From Ascidiella aspersa (lineage: Eukaryota): a stretch of DNA of 64,000 nt. Below are positions 57,520-64,000 of this stretch, piece after piece; within the stretch, counting starts at the first letter, position 1; every line of letters begins with the position of its first letter. Position numbers and translations under genes: made by a program. The notes under the pieces are model-generated. The model saw only the letters and a list, made by a program, of their open reading frames with translations, made no database searches and had not been told where the DNA came from. The stretch is from contig OZ004607.1 in the NCBI GenBank assembly GCA_963924565.1, positions 11,036,001-11,100,000 on the forward strand. The letters are read 5' to 3'.

Positions 57520-58346
57520 AAGCGCTTCTCAACCGGTGCGCCGCGGCAAAATAAAAAATAAATTAATATAAACATGTATTTTTTACTTTCCTTTTAAGCT
57601 TAGCTCATTGATTCCACAGTATTTTCAAGTGGAAAACACAATAAGCCCTACAAAGCAAGAATATCTAAATCAGCAGCGACCTAATAACGCCAAATTAGCA
57701 GTATAACCACGACAGACTAAAATATAAAATAGTCTAGTAAGTCCAAAATTAACCGGAATAAGACTAAACTGGACAAAATAAGCCCTAGACTGTAACGAAA
57801 AGGCATGGGATGATTGGGGGGCACCTGTTTGGCATTGGCCGTTTGCTATCGAGATTTGCGCGCCGCTGTTTTGGTCCTGGATTTTTTGTCCCTGTTTGGG
57901 CTAATGGGCGGGCAGTTGGTGGTGTTGGCAATTGGGTTAGGTTTGAAAATATTTGGGGAGTTAGTGATAGTTATAGGTGGGTTTAGGGTTATATTAGATG
58001 AAAGGTTGTATAGGCCTTATTTTGGCCATTTAGGTCAGATTCCGATTTCATCATTATACTATTAGGTTATATGTGGGATTTGGGGTTAGATAAAAGGTTG
58101 TATTAGCCCTACTTTCACCTTATTCCTAACTGTTCCGAAGTTGATATTGTTTTTATTTTGGTCTCGAAGCTGAAGTCCCTTTAAAGATATGCAACTATAA
58201 AGCCTATATAACAAAAAATGGCAAGCAATTTAAGAGAAATACAGGTAAACCTAAAAAATTTCGCGCTCGATTCGCTCGCAAAGTGCACCGCCACTTTTTC
58301 AAATGTTTCTAGGTGCGCCCCCAGGTAAAAAGGTTGAGAAACACTG
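57520..58346. mobile_element. hAT-type element
   Basis: TSD ATCTATGT; TIR AAGCGCTTCTCAACC / GGTTGAGAAACACTG. Confidence 0.8.
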
Positions 58347-60234
58347 ATCTATGTGCTTGCAAATGCCGTTCAAGTGATGTGAGTTTGCAGCTTGCGAAGA
58401 TACTGGTCTATTTTGTCCTTTCATCAAGTCAAATGACTGCAACGACACAAGATACGCAAGTGAAGCAGAGGTTAAGTGCCGGGCGTCATGCGAAAAGTGT
58501 CCGAGTAAGTATGATGTCGCAGATTTAACGCAAACTGAAACATGTTTTAAGAAATTACCACGGTTATTTCAGTTTTTACCATTTTACAAAATAGAAAGAC
58601 CTATGCCATCATAAAATACTTATTCATTTCAAATGGAAGCCAATTTGTGAAAATATTAAGCAAGATTTGTCCAAATTAACTTCAGGTTAACAAGCCGAGT
58701 ATTTTCTAAATTCGATTAATGATATTTCCACAGAGTACGCAACTTTATTGTTTTCTTAGCCTTTTTTGTTTTTAGAACTTTCATAGATTATTGGTGAATG
58801 TTCGGATTAAGGCATTTAATAAAGCTTGAAATGTTGAGGAAATGCCAATAATTCTACAGTTTTCATTCAATCCAAACGCACCACAGAAATAAACTTAAAA
58901 CAAGTATATTTTTGCAAATAACTTGATTGCGCAAGTATTCTAAATTCAGCAAGTATTCTAACTCTAAATTCACCTCTCATAGTTTTGTGCTATAATTGTT
59001 TTTTTTCCATGTTTTAACCAACAAAGCTAACCATATAGCATACATTACTTTTTCAGCTTGCACAACACCCCTACCGGTGACAATATTGTGAGAAAAACGG
59101 TCAAAAAATATTGTTTATTCAGTGAGCATACAGGTCATTTGAAAATACTTTTTTAACATTAAACTAAAAAAGCATAAAAGATGCATACACATGGGAGTAC
59201 ATCAATTGTCATTTAGCCTTTTTTTTAAATCCCCCCTCACTTGACACAATTTATTGGAACTCCCGTCCCTCATGCGAATATTTTGTTTTAAAGCCACAAT
59301 GATTATAATGAGCAACAAATGAGTTACAGGGCAGTGTTTTCAGATAATTAGAATAGAGCAAAAATTCACTTGAATGTAAAACCTGCAAATTAGCGAAAAT
59401 TAGGCACAGATCCAGCGGGCATGAAAAAAGTCAGAGATGACGTCATTAAGTTATATCTAAACGTGACGTCAAAAAGTAGCAACCTTAAGAAAACCACACG
59501 GTTCTTTGTTTGTTTCATTTTTTGGTTGGAAACGTGTTTCTTTCTCAATATGGCCATAAATATGTCCTAAATATGTAATTACACCCCAGTTTAAATAGCC
59601 CTGAGTAGACCACAGCTGATGTACATTTTTGTGTATGCATCTTTCATAACCTTGACGTGCTACTGTCGATTACCTCCAATTTTATTTAGAATCAGTGAAC
59701 CAAGGCCACTCTTAAATGTTATCTCATACTTCGTATTAAACTCAGCATATGTAATTTTTTAAATTTCAATTCTCCACTAAGTAAGTTCAAAAAATTAGCT
59801 AAAACAGTCTAATTTTTTTTCAACAAACTAATTTGAGAACTGTCAAAACTTTACAAACTGTTTGCAAAAGCAAAACAAAAATGGGTCCAGTCAGTTCAAG
59901 TTTAAATTTAGAGAGGCTATATAAGAACTCATGGTGCAAAAAGGCATATCGTTTTGGCGTTTTGGATTTAGTGCAATTTGATGTCGAATTAGTAAAAAGG
60001 CCACTCAAAACGTTTTTCACGTTATATCACAAAACTCAGTTGATTGAAAACGTTAAAATTCTAAAATCAAAAACATCTGCTGCAAATTGAAATATAAGGC
60101 CTAAAACTTTTGCTCTTATTTGCCTCTAATTACAGTATAAACCAGTGTAAGATAGTTAGACCATGTTACTTTTATTTTTTTCAGAGGGCTCTTGTGGGCC
60201 GCCTCATGTGATACCCAGCGCATCACCATTAACC

Positions 60235-60574
60235 CAAGGGTTCTTAAACTGGGGTCCATGGACCCCTTGGAGGTCCGTGAACTAGTTTTAGGGGGTCCAT
60301 GAAGGTCTTATTGAAATATTCGTGTTTATTTAAGAAGTAATCAATTTATTAAAGAAATCAATGTAATTAAAAATAAAACGGTTTTGCACTGAATGTATTT
60401 AGACTCCATTTCACTTTCACAATTTTAGACCAAAATCAGCAAATTTATGAAGTCTATTTGTACTGTGACGTCAATTCATGACGTCATTTTTTAAATTTTT
60501 TTTGTCTACAGTGGTCCACGCAAGATGAAAGAAAATTTTACGGGTCCGCGGTAAAAAAAATTTAAGAACCCCTG
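60235..60574. mobile_element. hAT-type MITE inserted in a CCP exon
   Basis: TSD CATTAACC; TIR CAAGGGTTCTTAAA / TTTAAGAACCCCTG. Confidence 0.9.
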
Positions 60575-61038
60575 CATTAACCGGTTATGGCGACTTACGC
60601 TACTGGCAGCATGGTTAATTACACCTGCAGCCCACTCTTTTCACCGTTTGGATTCCCTAGCATAATCACTTGCACGACTGGAACTTGGTCAGACACTGCA
60701 ATCAGTCTCTGCTTACAACGTACGGAATCAAAACAAGTTTTTTTAAAAGTTATTATCAGATCTTTACTAATCGGACAGAAACATTTATTTAACAAACGTT
60801 TCTAGAAAAAACAATAATGAAAACAAAGTTTTTTTTTATAATCCGGAAACTGGTTTAAATAATTCTCGATCCAAAATAACATATTTACGACTATGGTACA
60901 TCGGCAGCTTGTGAGGACTCGATGGACTGCACTGACTTCGTTGCCACAGGAAAGTGCGCCGACCCAGCATTTGCAAGGATGGCAGCTTTGGAGTGCCGAG
61001 ATTCATGCAACATGTGTGAAAGTAAGTAAAGGCGCTGT

Positions 61039-61095
61039 CAGGGCTGCGGAGTCGGTTAGTAAAAACCCGAGTCAGACTCCGACTCAGCAGCCCTG
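61039..61095. mobile_element. 57-bp minimal hAT-type element
   Basis: TIR CAGGGCTGC / GCAGCCCTG with GAGTC/GACTC subterminal units; TSD GGCGCTGT/GGCGCTAT. Confidence 0.75.
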
Positions 61096-62110
61096 GGCGC
61101 TATGCATATTGAGACCGATTACATAGAATAGATCTATTCAATTTTCTATGACTTATACAAACTGTAATTTGAACCAATCTATTAAAATATTTATATATGT
61201 GCTTAAGCCTCGGCATGAGACAACCGTAAGGCAAATTCTTGTTGTTGGTAATACTTATTTTGATTTGTTCCATCTTCTTTTGTTTAGCTTGCGCGGCAGC
61301 ACCTCTCACAGCAAATCTTGTTGTATCGGCTTCTGTCATAGTCAAGAATGGAACCAACAACATAACATCGATCAAAACTTTTAAAGCCGTGTATTTCGTC
61401 AGGTACAATTGCACTGTTGGGGTCCTTACTCCTGCCTTTAGAGGAAGTCTCGATTGTAATCTTTGCCTCGGAAACGAAACTTGGCTTTTTAACGGTGACC
61501 AGTTGCCAACATGCGTGATTCCAGGTAGCTTAACTTCATTTTAAAATTTCTAAGCTTTTTTAGAACATCATTTGACCTTGCTAGATTTACTTTTTAATAG
61601 AACACTAACTTTGAATGCTCAGATAATTAATATACGGCCAAAACAAAACATACGACAAATGCTGTATTTAGAATCTCATTGGGCATTTGAACTAAAACCA
61701 AAAAAACTATCTATTACGAAGTTATAACCTGCTAAGTAGGCTACTATTGGAGGGGTGTCGCAATTTGTAATCCTTTACCTATAATCGTGTGTTTGAGCCG
61801 AACCTAAGACATGGTTACGAGTAGGGCCCGCAAAATTCAATGAAGTCAAACATTTTTAAGGACACTCTTCTGTCCACGAATCAAAGAATAAAGTTGTTTT
61901 CAGCGCCTAGGGGACTGTTCCTTAATTTTTTTGTTAATAGGTCAAAATAAAGTCAAAATTCACAATAAAGTCAAAATTTTCAATTAAGTCAAAATTTGTC
62001 AAATTATGGCTTTTGACAAAGTTTTTGTGTTTCTTGAGAGTATGTTTTGTAAAAATCGTCGTGAAAGCATTGTAAACTAGACGAAATAACTGGCGTTGCC
62101 CAGGTTAAAT

Positions 62111-62476
62111 AGAATATTTACCGGTTATTCGTAAGATCTTCGTAAATGACATAAATAATGCAAACAATTTTTTTTAAATGTCATAACAAATTTGCCTATG
62201 CTTAAACGTTTGAACTGAGTGTCACTACATACCAAACGCTAACCCCCACCCTAACCCAAATATTGTGCGTTGGTTTAATAATTGTTTTAACGGGGAACAC
62301 TTAAATTAGTGAACGTTCCGACCATTCATCATTTCGTAAATTAGTATTACCTAAAAGAATATTTACCGGTTATTCGTAAGATCTTCGTAAATGACATAAA
62401 TAATGCAAACATATTTTTTTAAATGTCATAACAAATTTGCTTATGCCTAAACGTTTGAACTGAGTGTCACTACATA
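62111..62476 (+). repeat. ~120-bp direct duplication (62111-62231 and 62356-62476)
   Basis: Near-identical AGAATATTTACCGG...GTCACTACATA copies. Confidence 0.9.
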
Positions 62477-63254
62477 GAAATTTTAAATCATGTGATGTGA
62501 AGTCGGTTAACTATAGCGCACAACACTTGGCTAAGCATGCAATACATCTTTTAAGTAACGAAAACCCGTGACGTTTGTCAATTGAGAATAACTCCCAAAC
62601 GTAAAACTTTAGGTTGCAGCAGTAATTGCTTAGACTTGCTTGATAGCGTCATGTTTAAGCAAATACGTAATCCCGGTGCTAAACTGCGTCAAACGTGAGA
62701 AAAATCCTCATTGAAAAAACAAATGCTTACTGTTAACTGCTGCAATAAAGCTTTTTTCGTATTGCGTGGGTAAACACATTGTAAGAAGTCATTAGGCTTT
62801 GGCCTCAATCACTATCGCTAACAAACGGATTTAAAATAAAAATTCAATTCTTCGCAAATTTGCGAACTCTACCTAAAGTTTACGCGGTAACAGGCATCAA
62901 TAAGTTCCTAAACATAATAGTCTTAGTTGGAAACATTAAAATTTTACTTTTTTACTAAGGATATATACTTACTTTCATTTTTTTATTTCCCGGCAGGTAA
63001 TTGCGCTTGAAAAAAAGTTTTGCGCGGATACGTTAAACTTGGACTATCTTTTACTTAAACTCTACTTCTAAAAATACCTTTATTAAATGAACTAACGCTG
63101 GGGCCTGGGATTGGGATACGTGCTTAAACACAATCTTGGTAAGTAACAAATCACATTGTAACATTTTGTAAAAACATCTTGTAAATGGCATTGAGTGTGA
63201 CGTAACATTGTGATGCAACACATTGTAAACAGAAAGTGAACATTTTAACAGTTT

Positions 63255-63325
63255 TCCACTAGTGAGGTTTGAACTCACGACTTTTGGTTCACGACACCAG
63301 TTCTCTACCACTGAGCTAAAGCGGG
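63255..63325 (-). pseudogene. tRNA-Thr(CGT)-like pseudogene or SINE head
   Basis: - strand CCCGCTTTAGCTCAGTGGTAGAGAACTGGTGTCGTGAACCAAAAGTCGTGAGTTCAAACCTCACTAGTGG; A and B boxes present, acceptor and D stems mispaired. Confidence 0.6.
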
Positions 63326-63425
63326 GCAACGTTAAATCGCTCAAATTTCATATTATTATCATCACCGACTGTGCGAACATCTTGCCACACACTTACATCT
63401 TACATCTCACAAACTTTCTCTTTTA

Positions 63426-64000
63426 TTATGTAGATGAGGAACTGCGACACAATTAAACTATATTAACCCATAAAAGCAGGAATTATGTCACAATGCCCAA
63501 TTGGATCAGCAGCAACTTTTATCGCAAATTGTCCATTTTTTTTATTCATTGTTAGGTATTAAAATAATTCTTATAAAACATTCTTTTCGTCAATTCATGA
63601 CGTCATTTTTTTTTCTTTTTTGTCTACAGTGGCCAAGCAAGATGAAAGAAAATTTTATGGGTCCGCGGTAAAAAAAATTTAAGAACCCCTGCATTAACCG
63701 GTTATGGCGACTTACGCTACTGGCAGCATGGTTAATTACACGTGCAGCCCACTCTTTTCACCGTTTGGATTCCCTAGCATAATCACTTGCACGACTGGAA
63801 CTTGGTCAGACACTGCAATCAGTCTCTGCTTTTATGTAGATGAGGAACTGCGACACAATTAAACTATATTAACCCATAAAAGCAGGAATTATGTCACAAT
63901 GCCCAATTGGATCAGCAGCAACTTTTATCGCAAATTGTCCATTTTTTTTATTCATTGTTAGGTATTAAAATAATTCTTATAAAACATTCTTTTCGTCAAT
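63426..64000 (+). repeat. Tandem ~406-bp chimeric unit including a copy of 60469-60714
   Basis: 63426-63594 recurs from 63832 to the window end; 63588-63831 copies the MITE end plus CCP exon half at 60469-60714. Confidence 0.88.

Larger units (their letters stand above)
57216..61524 (+). pseudogene. Decaying ShKT/CCP mosaic paralogue
   Basis: CCP 57216-57398 (first Cys to Phe), ShKT 58391-58504 (CEDTGLFCPFIKSNDCNDTRYASEAEVKCRASCEKC), truncated CCP start ~59057, CCP 60185-60719 with frameshift and MITE insertion, ShKT 60908-61021, extended CCP 61288-61524. Confidence 0.78.

Noticed and set aside
57814-58065. Hydrophobic 83-aa ORF
   Set aside because: Lies inside a TSD-bounded element in G/T-skewed sequence; compositional artefact.
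62342-62350. Canonical CRESS nonanucleotide TAGTATTAC
   Set aside because: No flanking stem and no Rep nearby; plausible by chance in AT-rich DNA.

Overview
AT-rich, intron-containing invertebrate genomic DNA, probably a tunicate/ascidian (inferred from gene content only). Host genes reconstructed by splicing: (1) a 6-exon Golgi carbohydrate sulfotransferase, CHST8-14/Sulfotransfer_2 type (311-8567, +); (2) a 10-exon secreted type-B carboxylesterase (11390-19647, +); (3) a secreted mosaic protein with 2 ShKT and 10 sushi/CCP modules (26519-~36550, +); (4) a secreted Ly6/uPAR-like + 3 CCP protein (48664-54785, +). Decayed ShKT/CCP paralogues lie at 44-47 kb and 57-64 kb. Introns hold many hAT-type MITEs with 8-bp TSDs, two Penelope-like inverted repeats with hammerhead-ribozyme cores and two tRNA-derived elements. 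The standout is a ~3.1-kb endogenous ssDNA-virus element (~1720-4779, - strand) in intron 2 of the sulfotransferase. It has an intact 144-nt Y-shaped parvovirus-type terminal hairpin, followed by a PLA2-bearing parvovirus-like capsid gene with an overprinted membrane ORF, followed by a CRESS-like HUH/SF3 Rep with an overlapping NS2-like ORF. The order (telomere-VP-Rep) is the reverse of monosense parvoviruses, and both genes are preceded by a duplicated promoter block containing the palindrome GTACTAGTAC. It may represent an undescribed parvo/CRESS hybrid lineage; no database search was possible, so novelty is unconfirmed.
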